DNA of 64,000 bases from Cystobasidiomycetes sp. EMM_F5. Its lineage: Eukaryota. The stretch spans positions 124,001-188,000 of the forward strand of contig JBPGPT010000030.1 of NCBI GenBank assembly GCA_051047955.1, in the 5' to 3' direction. The notes under the pieces are model-generated. The model was not told where the DNA came from, did no database searches, and was given only the letters and a program-made list of their open reading frames with translations. Each line of letters opens with the position of its first letter. Position 1 is the first letter of the stretch. Both the position numbers and the translations under genes were made by a program. This document shows positions 1-12,574 of this stretch, piece after piece.

Positions 1-353
1 TTTGTATACGTATACCAATGGCAAAGTGACCCTTGGCGCAGACGTATACAGATTACAGCGGCTAGCATCTCCCAGGATCCGATTGAGCGGAAGTTGGTCG
101 GAATACCGTAACCAGCAGCCATACAAGCGCGTCGCCAGAATCCCTCTTCCTCAGCATAGAAGGATCGTATAATCGCGCTCGTTCTGGCGAAATTGACATG
201 ATCGTTGAGATCATCAAAATGACGGATGATTTCCCGCCAAACATCTTTTGTCAGCGACGAGGAAGAACCCTTGATAGTCACAACAGACGACGGCGCCAGC
301 GACGACGGCGACAGTCGCCTTAGCCTTTCCCGCAGATTTTGTATGGTGAGCAT
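1..353 (-). CDS. F-box-like protein, family A paralog 1 (3' end runs off the window)
   Basis: Not in the ORF track. Manual translation from ATG 353: MLTIQNLRERLRRLSPSS...SLTKDVWREIIRHFDDLNDHVNFARTSAIIRSFYAEEEGFWRRACMAAGYGIPTNFRSIGSWEMLAAVICIR. It aligns closely with the neighbouring 748-1681 gene. Confidence 0.75.
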   Translation of the reverse strand, partial: MLTIQNLRERLRRLSPSSLAPSSVVTIKGSSSSLTKDVWREIIRHFDDLNDHVNFARTSAIIRSFYAEEEGFWRRACMAAGYGIPTNFRSIGSWEMLAAVICIRLRQGSLCHWYTYT

Positions 354-747
354 CGCTGGAAAATTTTGCCGTGAAGGGGTAAGCCGATAACAAGCCTCAG
401 TCCAAGCAGCGCACACAAGCCGTGAGCAAGCGATCGTTTGATCGTCTGTTGGACTCGTTGGACTGTGAAAGAACCGTCAGACGGCCGTTCTCACTTCGCG
501 TCAGCATGGGAAACCATGACATTGCGAGCCTGAGGCGAGGCATACATGAGGAGTGGTTTCCTCTTTTGCTCTGGACAGATCACACGCTGTGGTATTGCTT
601 GACACCAAGTATACACACAGTCAACGACAAGGGGATTTCGGCGATACACGGTACCAACTCCTGTAAGCGGAGGAAAGGCCGACGCTGCGATCAAGCTGGT
701 AACCGACATAACATCGTCGCCTAGCAGCCACAAGTAGCGTGCTGTAA

Positions 748-1681
748 TCAGTGAAACAAGCGGTTCGGCTTGGTACGATAGCGATACGCATCAGGCCACA
801 TTCCTATGGCAGCCGTAAGAGCATTGGAGATTGCCGATTCCGATCGTGAATGCTTGCCGATGATGTCCAGACATTTCCTATTCAGGTCGTGGAGAGTGAC
901 TCCATGGGTGTTCGTCATCCACAACTCGGTCGCCGGGGGCTCTGTCATGTCGCCATCATACTTTTCCATGGGTACGCCTACCACTAAACGGAATGCAGGG
1001 TTAGGTCCCAAGTGGGCCAGTGATGGCGCAGGTCGTCTCGCAAGGTCTCCGCTCTTGACGACAACATGCTGTTGTAGAGGATGCTCTTCAGACAGGAGTA
1101 AACGGTATACTATGTTGTAGGCCGACACCCTGGTACTAGTCGAAGAGCTGCGGAATAGGTCGACGTATGTTAGGAGGACTGAACAGTGATTGCGATTTTC
1201 AGAGACAATATCCTGGGAGAGTACTGGAATGGCGAAGGGCATGCCTTGGGTGGAGCCGTGTATAGCAACTGCGGATTAGGCATTACGATGGATGGTGCTC
1301 ATACACAAACCGTGTATGCTCACCTTGTGTAATCCGAGCACGGGTCATCCGCATACAGATTACGCCCGCCAACATTTGCCAAGAATCGATGGTCGTGAAT
1401 GCGGATGGTATGCCATATCCCGCGGCCGTGCACGCTCGTTGCCAAAACGTAGGCTCAGCATCGAAAAAGGAGCGCAGTGCTGCACTTGTTCTCGAGAGGA
1501 ATACATAGTCGTGTAGGTCGTCAAAGTATTGGCATATCAAGCGCAATACGTCGTACGGGAGCGTGGAGAGGCCGTCCGAGGACAATTTGCGACTGCATTC
1601 AAGTTGATTTGGCGCGACTCTACCTTTAGAGCTCAGCTTGAGCGCCTTACGCTTGAGCAGATGAGCGCATCTGCTGAGCAT
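748..1681 (-). CDS. F-box-like protein, family A paralog 2 (one intron, 1269-1323)
   Basis: LSTLPYDVLRLICQYFDDLHDYVFLSRTS is F-box-like. A 55-nt GTGAGC...CTAAT..CAG intron joins ORF 1283-1681 in frame to ORF 748-1242 (ITQ|VAIHGSTQGMPFAIP). Confidence 0.75.
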
Positions 1682-1912
1682 GAGGACTCGAACAGATCCC
1701 CTTCATCTGATGCCGATAGCTACGGAGCCAGCAGGGCGGCAGCACTAGAAAGTTGTTGCGCAAAGTCTTGCTCGACCAGACTCCAACTACCAGATGAGCA
1801 GGTTCTGTTATATAATACAGCTGTGTCTGAGTCTTTCGAGGCTTGTTGTCCAGCAGAGTCAATGTATCGGCGAGCCTTGAGACTTCATCAACCGGGGAGA
1901 CTGTCGAAACAT

Positions 1913-4850
1913 ATGACTGCACAAGCTGCAGCGAGCACCTCTGCTCGTGACGGTATTGCGACTTCTGCGAGTACTTCTTCCACGAAGCGCCGAAAGAATG
2001 CGCCGTCCAAACTTCCTGAGCTCGACGATTCAGAAGAACCCAGTATCCTCGTCAAGCTCCGCCCAGGCAAGAGCGGTATTCGCATTGACGCTGTACGGAG
2101 CGATATCAGAAGCAGTGGTCTTCCGGAAACTGACATAGGCTTTTGCAAAAGCCTGGAACACCCTATGACGAAATATCATTGACATCCGCCTTCATAACAG
2201 GTCTGAGGAAGGGCAAGGCCCCTCAGATTCCGCTACACCACAAGCGGAGAGCGTTCTTTGTTGGCGGTGGAGTACTTGGGGCATTACTATCATATGGTGC
2301 ATTCATAGCAACTCGCAGCTATCATGCGGGTATTTTTAGCGAGTTGGAGTCGACATTTGGCAACTTCGAGTTTGGCTTTCCTACTACAGGACTGAGCGCT
2401 CTCGGTTCCTTTACGGACTCCTGGTCGGATCTGGGAAACATGTTGAATATGTCAGACCTCATAGCTCCAAATGCAAGGAAATGGCTAGAGAACCGAGACT
2501 TCAAGGTTGGAAGAGAGTTGAAGGCTGCAGGTCATACAAAGCATCATTCTGTCATATTAATACCGGGAGTCATCTCTACCGTACGTCGTAGCATGCAGAC
2601 GAGTGGTGTCCATGGTTGAGTCGCTATACCGAAGGGCTTGGAGTCGTGGGGAACAGACGCAGACACTGCCCAATTCTTTAGGAAAAGGGTCTGGGGTGGA
2701 GGAAGCATGGTAAGACGCAGATTCTCGTCTTATAGGCTATTTATTTAGTCGACCGAACAGGTACAAGCTATCGTGACACGCAAAAAGGAATGGCTAAAAG
2801 CAGTAGCTCTCGACCCACAAACGGGCTTGGACCCGCCAGGCGGCATCAAAGTCCGAGCTGCGCAAGGTTTGGACGCCGCGAGCTACTTTGTGACCGGCTA
2901 TTGGATATGGAGTAGTAGGGCAGCTTGACGTCAAAGCCTTACTGACCTCCGGGCTGACACGGACGTCAAACTCTACAGAAATAATAGAGAGTAGGTCCCG
3001 TTTATATGTATACCAGAAAAATCGAATTGACATACGCCCGATTTGAAACAGATTGTATGTCGGCCCGCTTGTCTGACCGATAAATTTCTGACCGATGTGC
3101 TCACAGTGGCTGCAATCGATTACGACTATAACGGTATGCAGACGTGCTAGGTGCTCTTTCTTGCTATCTAACAGTTCATCTTCCTTGCAGACCGTCAGTC
3201 ATTCCCGACAGGAACGGAAATAAAAGCTAACAGGATGAATAGTATCTTTACAAGCATACGATTGGCGACTGTCATACATCAATCTACAGAAACGCGACGC
3301 TTACTTTTCACGCATGAAGGGCGCTATCGAGCACAACCGGAATATACTTGGCAAAAGAACGGTACTCGTTTCGCACAGTATGGGAGGTACTGTACTTCTA
3401 TGGTTTTTGAAGTAAGAGATATTACCTTCGGCTCCGTTTGCTGATACTGATGCGATATGGCAGATGGGTTGAGGCCGAAGGTTATGGAGGCGGAGGGACT
3501 GATTGGGTCGAGAAGCATGTAGCTGCGTGGGTGAATATCGGAGGATGCATGCTGGGTGTTCCGAAGGCCATGGCTGCGTTTATGAGTGGGGAAGTGAGTA
3601 AAATTTCTCATCTCACGAGCGTCATTCTGACTGCTCTCTGCAAAAGATGCGGGATACAGTCGAGCTGAACCCTGCCGGAGCATATTTACTGGAGAAGTTA
3701 TTCTCGAAGAAAGAACGAGCAACACTGTTCCGTACGTGGGCAGGCTCTGCATCCATGCTCCTGAAGGGTGGTGATGCTGTCTGGGGTGAGCTACATCGCG
3801 TTTAAACCTCTGCCTTGCCTCGACAGCCGTCCTGTTCTGACGCATCTTGCGATAAATTCGTAGGTGACGATGACGGAGCGCCAGATGACCCAGTAGGTTT
3901 CAACCTTTCTTCGTCGAAGATGTGTATGCTTGGCTCGTTTCGTTCATAAGATGTGCCTGTGCCTAACGAGCTGGCTTTGCAGTCCGCTTCAAAGCACCGG
4001 CAACCGGCGCAGAAGATTTCAATTCAGAGACCGTCAGACCCAACCTTACCTTGAGCGGAGCTATCGACTATCTGAAAGAGCATACTTCGAGATCATGGCA
4101 CGAGATGGTGCGAACAAACTATTCTTTGGGAATTGAGCGTGACGTCAAGCAGCTGCAACGCAATAACCTCGACCATACAAAATGGAGTAATCCGCTCGAA
4201 GTTCAGCTTCCGCTAGCTCCGAGCATGAAGATATACTGCCGTGAGCCTGCTTTCCAAGACAAACAATAAAAAATGTCGCAGCACTTCAGGCTGATTCACA
4301 TTCTTACCCGACTAGTATACGGCTTCGGGAAGCCGACTGAACGAGCATACTTCTATTCCAAAGCTGAGACTGGTGATCATACCGAGGCCACCGAAGACTC
4401 GCGCGAAAGCGGATATACTCCGCACAAAGTCTCATGGATCGATTCGAGCATAAACTTCGACAACCTGGTACCAAGTGTCAAGGCTGGTGTGGTCAACAGT
4501 GATGGCGATGGTACTGTGCCATTGCTTTCGTCTGGAGCAATGTGCGTTGAGGGATGGAAGCGCAAGTTGTACAACCCAGCAGGAATACAAGTCGTAACGC
4601 ACGAATTGGAACACAAACCACTAAATTTTGATCCACGTGGAGGTCCGACCACCGCTGATCATATCGATGCGCTCGGAACTACTATTGTAAATGAGGCCGT
4701 ACTGCAGGTGGCATCCGGCAAAGGGTGGGTGGTCGAAGACATTGCGATCATGACACGTGCACTCACCGTTTCCTTCATAGACACTTGGTAAATGATACCG
4801 TCTTGTCACCTATTCGAGAGTACGCCAAGAAGATTCGGTGGGATGGCTGA
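1913..4850 (+). CDS. LRO1: Phospholipid:diacylglycerol acyltransferase (PDAT, LCAT family), multi-exon with micro-exons
   Basis: N-terminal TM segment (AFFVGGGVLGALLSYGAFI) and motifs VILIPGVISTGLESW, VRAAQGLDAASYFVTGYWIW, AYDWRL, lipase box SHSMG, WSNPLEVQLP, GDGTVPLLS, GGPTTADHID. C-terminus IREYAKKIRWDG*. Confidence 0.93.
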
Positions 4851-5499
4851 AATTCCGCATGCCCTTGGGCTTTCGGTCGACACAGTTCAAGTCGACGAAA
4901 GTAGCGCAGACATGAGGAGCATTGCTCAAGCCGTGGGAAGGCTCAACACGTCGGACACAGTGCGCAAAGCTATAACGTCCTGGGTTGCTGCATGGGCTGT
5001 CATTGTGTCAGTAGAAACTCCAATTTGCATTCGCATGACATTCTGGGTTGTAGATAAATATAGATGGGGGGAATGCAGGAGGTGCATGGGGCAACGGCTC
5101 GGTACGATGATTGGCAACACGTACATGCGTGGTCTTTCCTTGCAATCGGCAGTCCGTGCTTGATACATACAGGATACAACGCAACGCGTTAAGTCAAAAA
5201 ATCCAGCAAACACAGGACTGTACACAGGACAGCGTCAAGGTAGAGAGGTCGCAGCGGGTTGGTAGATAAGCGAAGAGGGGCCACGCTTGTGACTGCTAAG
5301 TCGAAATCGTCGCACGCCAGGATGAGGGAGAGATAAGTCGTAGAGAGAGTAGACGGGAAGCATCCTAGCACGAGTAGAATGAGAAGGTTAGGCTCGCTCG
5401 CCAAATGTCCGTGCGCCGTCATCCTGAAGGGTATACAGCCGTGTATGATGCAGCCGGGCTGGAGGACAAGCTTGACTCCCTCGACGAACAAAAGCGCTC

Positions 5500-6228
5500 C
5501 TAGAGAATGTTGCACTTTGACTTCTTCTTTTGCACCGGTGGTTCTAATGCTGCAACAATGGCTTCGTCAAAGACATTCTTGAGACCGCGTTGAGTCAGGG
5601 CCGAGCATTCGACGTATTTGACCGCTCCGAGTTCTCTAGCCAAGCGTTCTCCCGCCTCCGCCGTGACTGGCCGTTGCTTCTGCTTTCCAAGCTTCTCTAT
5701 AACCTGCTCATCATTTCTCAGATCCACCTGAGTTCCGACAATCAGGCATGGTACACCGGGACAGTGGTGATGAACCTCTGGGAACCACTTCTCCTTTACG
5801 TTTTCGAAACTCGCGGGCGACGTTACGGAGAAGCAGACGAGAAAGACGTCGGTTTGCGGGTACGATAGCGGGCGTAGACGATCGTAATCCTCTTGCCCAG
5901 CGGTATCGAACAGTCCGAGCGTGTATGGATCTTCGCCAATCATGACTGTAACGGCATAGTTGTCAAAGACCGTGGGTACATATTCTGATGGGAATTTGTT
6001 TGTCGTATAGCTGCGAGCGTAGAGGTCGGAAGATGTCAACAAGAGGCAGAAATCGAGCAGCGGCGGCGGCAGGTATATTAGCTTACGAGATGAGAAGACA
6101 TGTCTGCGGGGAAAGAACGAGCGCACACGCGTCAGTTGGCATGGACTTGTTGAGGGCATGTGGGCTGAATCGCAACTAACCTTTCCTACGGCACCATCGC
6201 CCACAACGACGCACTTGATGGTCTGCAT
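5500..6228 (-). CDS. CDC42: Rho-family GTPase Cdc42 (introns 6104-6180 and 6011-6086; 191 aa spliced)
   Basis: [70 protein letters not shown]. Confidence 0.98.
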   Translation of the reverse strand: MQTIKCVVVGDGAVGKVSCDSAHMPSTSPCQLTRVRSFFPRRHVFSSRKLIYLPPPLLDFCLLLTSSDLYARSYTTNKFPSEYVPTVFDNYAVTVMIGEDPYTLGLFDTAGQEDYDRLRPLSYPQTDVFLVCFSVTSPASFENVKEKWFPEVHHHCPGVPCLIVGTQVDLRNDEQVIEKLGKQKQRPVTAEAGERLARELGAVKYVECSALTQRGLKNVFDEAIVAALEPPVQKKKSKCNIL

Positions 6229-6793
6229 CCGTCGTCTTGAATTCGAAAGTAGCCTTGTTTATCTTAGATCAATCTGAGTCGTCCCGTTGAGTCGCGTCGG
6301 CCTTCCAAATCAACCAGTTTCAGGCGGGCTGTTAGGACAGGCGGGCTGCGAAGAGTGAAGCGGACCAAGCCTATCAATCAGCAGCTGCTCGACTCTGACT
6401 CTCAACGCCTATTCGGGCTCCCATTTGCTGCAAAATAAGCCATCGCTTGCCCGTTCCCGCTCGCCAGCTTTTGTGCACAGGCGAGGCGCGATATGGCTGC
6501 GGTTTTGGCTGGGGGTGCTCACCTAACGGACAGCGCGTAGGGCAGACTTGGTTCACAAAGTAAATGCGAACTGCGTTGTCCTCGCTGGCAGCGGAGTTTG
6601 CGTTTGGCTGGGTGCTCGTGTTGTACCAGAACAAGCGAGACTTAGGATATTTCGAGTTGGATTTGGATCAATTTATGGCAAAGGAAAACTGAAACAACGA
6701 GCTGGTGCGCTGACGGCCAGAGTGGTACAAGATTGTACAGACGGCGGATGAGCGCATTCTAGTCCAGCTTCCTCCAGGTGGATCCGATACATA

Positions 6794-8797
6794 ATGGCGA
6801 CGATAAAGAGCATCGTGGCAGCGTACGAGGCAAATGCGGGCAGTGCAAGCTCCGATGCACCAAAGCCGTCTGGGGATGCTCCAACGCCGCCAGCATCGAG
6901 CTCGCAGTCTGCGCCAGCCGAGTTTCTGCTCGCTAGAAGCAAGCTCAAGCGGGTGTCTAGCAATCTGATACCGACAGTGGGGGCAGACAATGTCGAAGAC
7001 GCAACCTTAAACACTGAAAGGATACCGCTACAGGGTCTCGTATCGGTCGATACAGCAGGGATCAATAGATCCAAGTATGCGAGCCCTACTCCGAGTCCTG
7101 CGGGTTACCCGGTATACAGAGGGTTGGTCACACCCAGCAGAGGCACAGACGATACGCCATTCTCGCCTGTCGGACCAGCAAGCGCTAGAGAAATGATCCT
7201 TGGCTCTTCGCCTAAGCGGAAACCTCCTGGAGCCGTACGCTTGCATGGCTTGAACGAGAAAGAGAAAGATAAGGCAGCCTTTCCTCCTGGTTCGCCGCCC
7301 AAAAGAGCGTCCTCCTCTTCTTCTTCTTCAATATCCCTACCCATACGGTTATCCTCCAGTCCTCCGCCTCTTCGGACAACAACATCAGACGTTGCCGTAG
7401 TGGCAAGAAGTCAACCATTAGCCGGCTTGGCGAAAGCTACCGCGATTTCCTCCGTTGAGCAGCCTATCCTTTTGCCCCCTCCTGCTATTGCGCCTCAGTT
7501 ACCGTCTCGACCGCTTACCATCAAACCCGTAGCAGACGCACAGTCGACCTCGAGATCCAGCCCGCGTGCAGTGCCGGCCCGCACCAGCTCATTATCGCCA
7601 AAGGCGGCCGCCAGTATGACTACCGCCTCTGGGAATCCTACTCGTCCAGTAGCTCCGCCGATACCTGGCGGTAAGCCAGCTCTCAAGCCGGCTGCATCGG
7701 AATCTGTCTCTGCGTCTCAAGGTGATGATCAGAGCGTAGGTGGTCTTGCGAGTAGCAGGAATGCTGTGACGTTAGTACAGAATGGCTTTACTCCTGTTCC
7801 ACCTCAGGCTGTGCCACCGCAACTTCCCCCTAGGAAGCCGATAGCAGTGCCAGCACAATCTGCTACCAATTCCACTCACATCCTAGCAACTTCCGTCCCA
7901 ACGCAGTCGGGGTTTCCTCATCAAACATCAATGGATAGCATTGATGGCGGCGGTTCTCGACTGTACCGGAGCAGTACGGTATCAGCTCAAGCACATGCTA
8001 CGGAGTACGTGGGTGCTAGCCGCGAGCTGCACAACATGCCAAGACCTCCAACGAGGCAGATCGTCAATGACAAATCGTCCGCAAATGGAGGCGTGTCGCG
8101 CTCGTCAACTATCGGGCATGCTGCACCGCGACATCAAGAGAGTCGCACAGCAACTGGCCGAACTCGGTCCGGAAGCTCAACCTCCTCAAACCCTTCGTTG
8201 GCTCTCCGACCCAGCACTTCTCGCGCTTCCATGAATTCCACAGCCCCGCCTGTTGCCCTATCGTCCTCCCCACCCCCCTTATCGCGGTGGGTAAGCCCAT
8301 CCGGTAGTATAGACAACAAGGCCACCTTTCCTCCAATTGGATTGAAATCCAAATCTTTGCGCTCGATGCGCTCAACGTCATCTCTGAATGCAAAAGCGAC
8401 GACGATTTCGTCTAATGCAAAACGCCCGCAACAACCGCCGCCGCTGGCTGCAATGCCGCAGAGATACATTGAGCTGTTCAACAAGTTGCTTACCGCCGTG
8501 GATGCCGCTTCGTCGCCCAACGATGACATCGCGCGTGCGCTACAACCTGCCAAGCCGCATCAGCGGCTGGATGGTATCGTTATTCGAGAGGTGTGGAAAG
8601 TATCGCGGCTTGATTCTGCTGTTCTCGCAAAGATATGGTGAGTCGTCGGAAATGCTTCGATTGCTCCATATAGTCCTGACGGCCATGCTCACCAACATAG
8701 GCTGCATTGCGACGAAGACAGCCGAGGATCCCTTGATCGCGATGGCTTTTGTAAGGGAATGTGGGCTATAGATGAAGAGCTGAAGAATCGTAAATAA
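6794..8797 (+). CDS. IRS4: Pro/Ser-rich protein with C-terminal EH domain (Irs4/Tax4-like)
   Basis: Long low-complexity region followed by LDGIVIREVWKVSRLDSAVLAKIW|LHCDEDSRGSLDRDGFCKGMWAIDEELK, the EH-domain signature of fungal Irs4/Tax4. One intron near 8638-8700. Confidence 0.75.
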
Positions 8798-8923
8798 GTA
8801 CACAACAAACACATTAGCCTAAAAGCCTCCTTCTCAGCCAGATGATGCAATGTAGCATATGACAACACGCCCTCGGGCAATCAACTGACTTGGCGAGAGC
8901 AAGTCTTTCTAGTCAATAACCGA

Positions 8924-10316
8924 TTAGTCCTGAGTGAACACGTTCGCCATGTATTTGCGACGCGGTGCTTCCGATCTGCCAGCATCCTCGATAGATGTCA
9001 TCTCGTCTGTAGACAGCTCCGACAACGCGAGAGCAGCCAACTGCTCTTTCATGCGGGATTCCTGCAAGCATTTCAAAAATATGTTAGACGCGTTTGCAGG
9101 GCATCTACGATTCATGCATACCTTGCTGGAAGTTGTGATGATGATGTTGCCTTTCTGTGCGGCCCATTTCAGCAGAATTTGACCAGTCGTGACTGATTCT
9201 CCACTGCGTTTTGAAACGGCCGCTGCCACTTGATCTAGAACTTTGTTGGCCGGCCCGTCTGGTGTAATATACAATGAGTCAGACGGCTGCTCGCTTGCCT
9301 TAGCAGGTGAGACAAAGCTCACCCTTAAAGTACACGACGGGAGCCGACGGCGAGTAAGCTTCGAGCTTGATATCATGCTGCTTGCAGTAGTCCACGATGT
9401 CCTGCGCTTCGCTGATAATGTAAGGATGCAGCTCAATCTGGTCATCGCTAGGTCAGTCCATGATCTATTGATGCATTCTGGCGCAATTCTCACCTGGTTG
9501 ACGGCTGGAGGAGTCTTGGAACTTTTGACGATACGTTCGAGATCCTTGACGCGATGATTCGAGACGCCGATACTCTTGACTAATCCTTCGTTCTTGATCT
9601 GTTCAAGCTGCGAGAAAGCATCTTCCAACGAAGGTGCTCCTTTCGGGAAGATCTTGTCCGGTGCGTGCAGTAGGTATAGGTCGACATATTCAATACCAAG
9701 CTGTCAATACAGAAAGTGTGAAATTCATGCTCAACCGCAAAGAGTGGGTTACGAACATCGCTGAGTTGCCTCTTGATGGTGCCCTTTATATCGGCGAGCC
9801 CAGACAAGATTTTCCTGCATCATTCCATCAGTATAGTCGACAATGAACGGCAGAAGCATATTGCCAAAATTCGTACTCCGTGATGAAGATGTCTTCTCGC
9901 TTGCCGCCCCACCTCCTGAGGGCTTCGCCTATACGGGAAGAATTAGCGGTAGCAACAAGGCCTTCGAAAGCTGACGGCCATACCAATGCTTTTCTCGTTT
10001 CCATATCCTTCAGCCAGATCGAGATGCGTATATCCAGCTTTCAGTGCGGTCACTGCGGGTTTGACGTCGGTGCCGGCTCGGCTTGCCGGGGTGAAGAAGA
10101 CGGCATGGCTCACAAACAGCTGTGACAAGCTCTTCATTGATACCAGATCTCCCAAACCACGCAGTGCCTACTCCGAAACCGATCTGCGGAATAGAAGACC
10201 CGCTGCGAGAGGACCGATGGAGTCGGAGTTGTGTCACCGGGAAGATCAAGTCGGCGTGCGCATATCATATATACTCACTCGTTGAGCTTGACGGCGGGAA
10301 CGCGGACAGAAGACAT
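8924..10316 (-). CDS. Aldo-keto reductase (NADPH-dependent), multi-exon
   Basis: IPQIGFGVGT, ALKAGYTHLDLAEGYGNE, YVDLYLLHAP, GLVKSIGVSNH, PPAVNQ, GQILLKW are AKR motifs. Confidence 0.92.
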
Positions 10317-10520
10317 TCTGCGTGCTCGAAAAGTCCAGATAGCTTTATGAGTTGTTGTTGGGAGTCGGGCGAATTGGAAAGTGAGGTACATATGGCATAC
10401 GGTCGGAAATCTACCCGTCAAAGCGACGTTGTTCCACAATGAAATGCATGAAATCCTGATCGCGACAACAACAATGGATACACTTAATTGCATGAGCTCA
10501 CTCCACCGCGCAGACAACGC

Positions 10521-11887
10521 TTAATCTTCCACCGAGTGGACTGCAGGTTTGCTTGCGACTGATGCATACAAATGGGTTGATGACCGCGAGTGTACAGCCT
10601 GCGGACGTTGTGACACGGAGCTAGGAGGAATTTGACTCTCTCGAATTGGTTTGTTGGAATCGGTTCCGCTCGTTCCGCTGATGCTGTGCCTGCTTCTGTC
10701 GTGAGAGTCATTGCCGCCAGAGCGTGGCTTGGTTTTAGAGTACAATTGCGCCTGTGGCAAGGTGGACGTGGATGCAGTTGATAATGCATGATTGGGAGAC
10801 ATTGGCGATGGCCTGAAATCGGGTATGGGGCCAAACATTCCTCCGAATGGAACGACAGATCCGGAAGCTTTCGGCATGCTGCGGTTCTCGATGGACATAC
10901 CAGATAGGTTGACGGAGAAATCCTTGCCGATATCGTAAGGCAAGAACGGCGTTGGCGAGGCAAATGGGGACGAATAGGGAGATGTATGAGCAGGATACGC
11001 AGGGGACGGTATTGGACGGTAGCTGGATGCATGCATTGGAGATCGATATACGCGGTAGTCAGCAGGCGGCATCATTGCGAGGGGCGGGCCGTATGCAGAC
11101 TGAGGGTAGAAGTTGGACGGATCCTGCGGAACATAAGGATCTGCGAAATTGAGGAATATTAGCTAGTACTGACAGAAATAAGCAAGCGCACTACCCACAC
11201 ATCGAAGCATAAGCAGGCATGTGTACGAAGGTATGTCTTGGAGGTAGTGTCAGCCACCGGCCACTGCAGAATACTTTACCGATATGCCTTACTGTCTGGA
11301 GCGATTCTTATTGTCGCCCATCACGGGTTGTCCATTGGGCCCAGTAACGTTGGCGGCTTGAAAACCCTTTGGACCTCTCACGACATTGTATTCCGCCTAG
11401 TTAGGAGAACTATGAGATCGGAAACTCCATTCATGGCAGCGAGCTCACATCTTCTCCCTCTGCCAGCGATCGGAAGCCCGACTTCCCAGCGATGGAGGTA
11501 TAGTGTACGAATACTGAAAGTGACTCAGCCAGAGCAGAGGCGCAAGGTTGCGCACTTTCTGCCTACTTTCTTCATTGCCAAAATCCTCTGCGTGATAATC
11601 GAGTATAAAGCCAAAGCCCTGGACAGCATCATCAGCGGGCCATTGAGTTTGGCTAGAACAGCCCGGACCTTCTGCGTATCAAAAAATTTGACCTTGCCAG
11701 TCCGGCGGGAATTCGGATCGACCAAGGTAGATTCCCGGGGCTGCTGGTGTGATGGGTAATACTGCGTTGATTGCGCTTGAGGCGGTGTAGTCACGTATTG
11801 CGCGTCGCCCGCATTGACACCGTATCCGGCGTCTTGAACATTCAGATGAATCAAATTGCCAGCATCGCCAGGAAAGGTGGTCGCCAT
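10521..11887 (-). CDS. Cold-shock-domain (CSD) RNA-binding protein with Pro/Ser/Tyr-rich C-terminus
   Basis: Spliced: RRTGKVKFFDTQK|GFGFILDY...|IFVHYTSIAGKSGFRSLAEGED|AEYNVVRGPKGFQAANVTGP, containing RNP1 and RNP2 of the CSD. Confidence 0.9.
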
Positions 11888-12574
11888 AACAGAACTACGC
11901 GTACGCAGAATTCAGACCTGCACAGATGTTGCGATGATTAACTACTTTGCTTTTGCAGCTTCGGGCAGTGGCGGATCAGTCAATGTCCACCAATGTCAAT
12001 CGACATGCGAGAGTCAGAGTCGTGCGAAACTCGAGACTGGTGTGCAGTAATTGTAGGAAAGGACTGCACGGAGCAGCATGATGGAGAGAAAGAATAAACA
12101 AATGAGAGCCTCAACGAGTGAGTGAATATTTCTACGGCTTCGCAACTACGCGTAAACGGCGCTGAAGAAGGGAGTCCCTGGCTGTCGAAGTCTGTTGAGG
12201 CACTGAAATCAGCGACCCGGGAGCGAGGTTGGGCATTGTACCTGATCGGGCGGGCCTCGACTGCGCGTGCCTGGACAGGTAAAAGCGATGGGGTTGGGAA
12301 AGATCGCCTTTGGGTCTCGACCTCACGCTCCCTAGACGCTTGACATGTTGCATATGTACGCCTTCAATGCTATGATGACTGATGGAGATGTTTCCGTCGC
12401 TGCCTAACGTTGACGGCAGGCCAGTCTGCAGTCATTCTGCAGGACCATGGGAAGGAGACTACGACATCACATGGGCCAGTTGGACGAGTACCAACCTTGT
12501 CGACGAGCTCTGCACGATAATGTTCGATCTGTCGTGGATGAAGGGCAGCTCCCGGCCCACCGTCTGTCCACTGT

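Noticed and set aside
2067..2138. GC-AG intron in the first PDAT exon (GCAAGA...TAG)
   Set aside because: Phases do not match; a GTACGG...AAG intron at 2093-2151 restores the frame.
11888..12574. Regulatory RNA or 5'-UTR intron upstream of the cold-shock gene (AACTACGCGTA repeated twice)
   Set aside because: Acceptor-like site near 11918 but no convincing donor, and no strong structure or snoRNA boxes.
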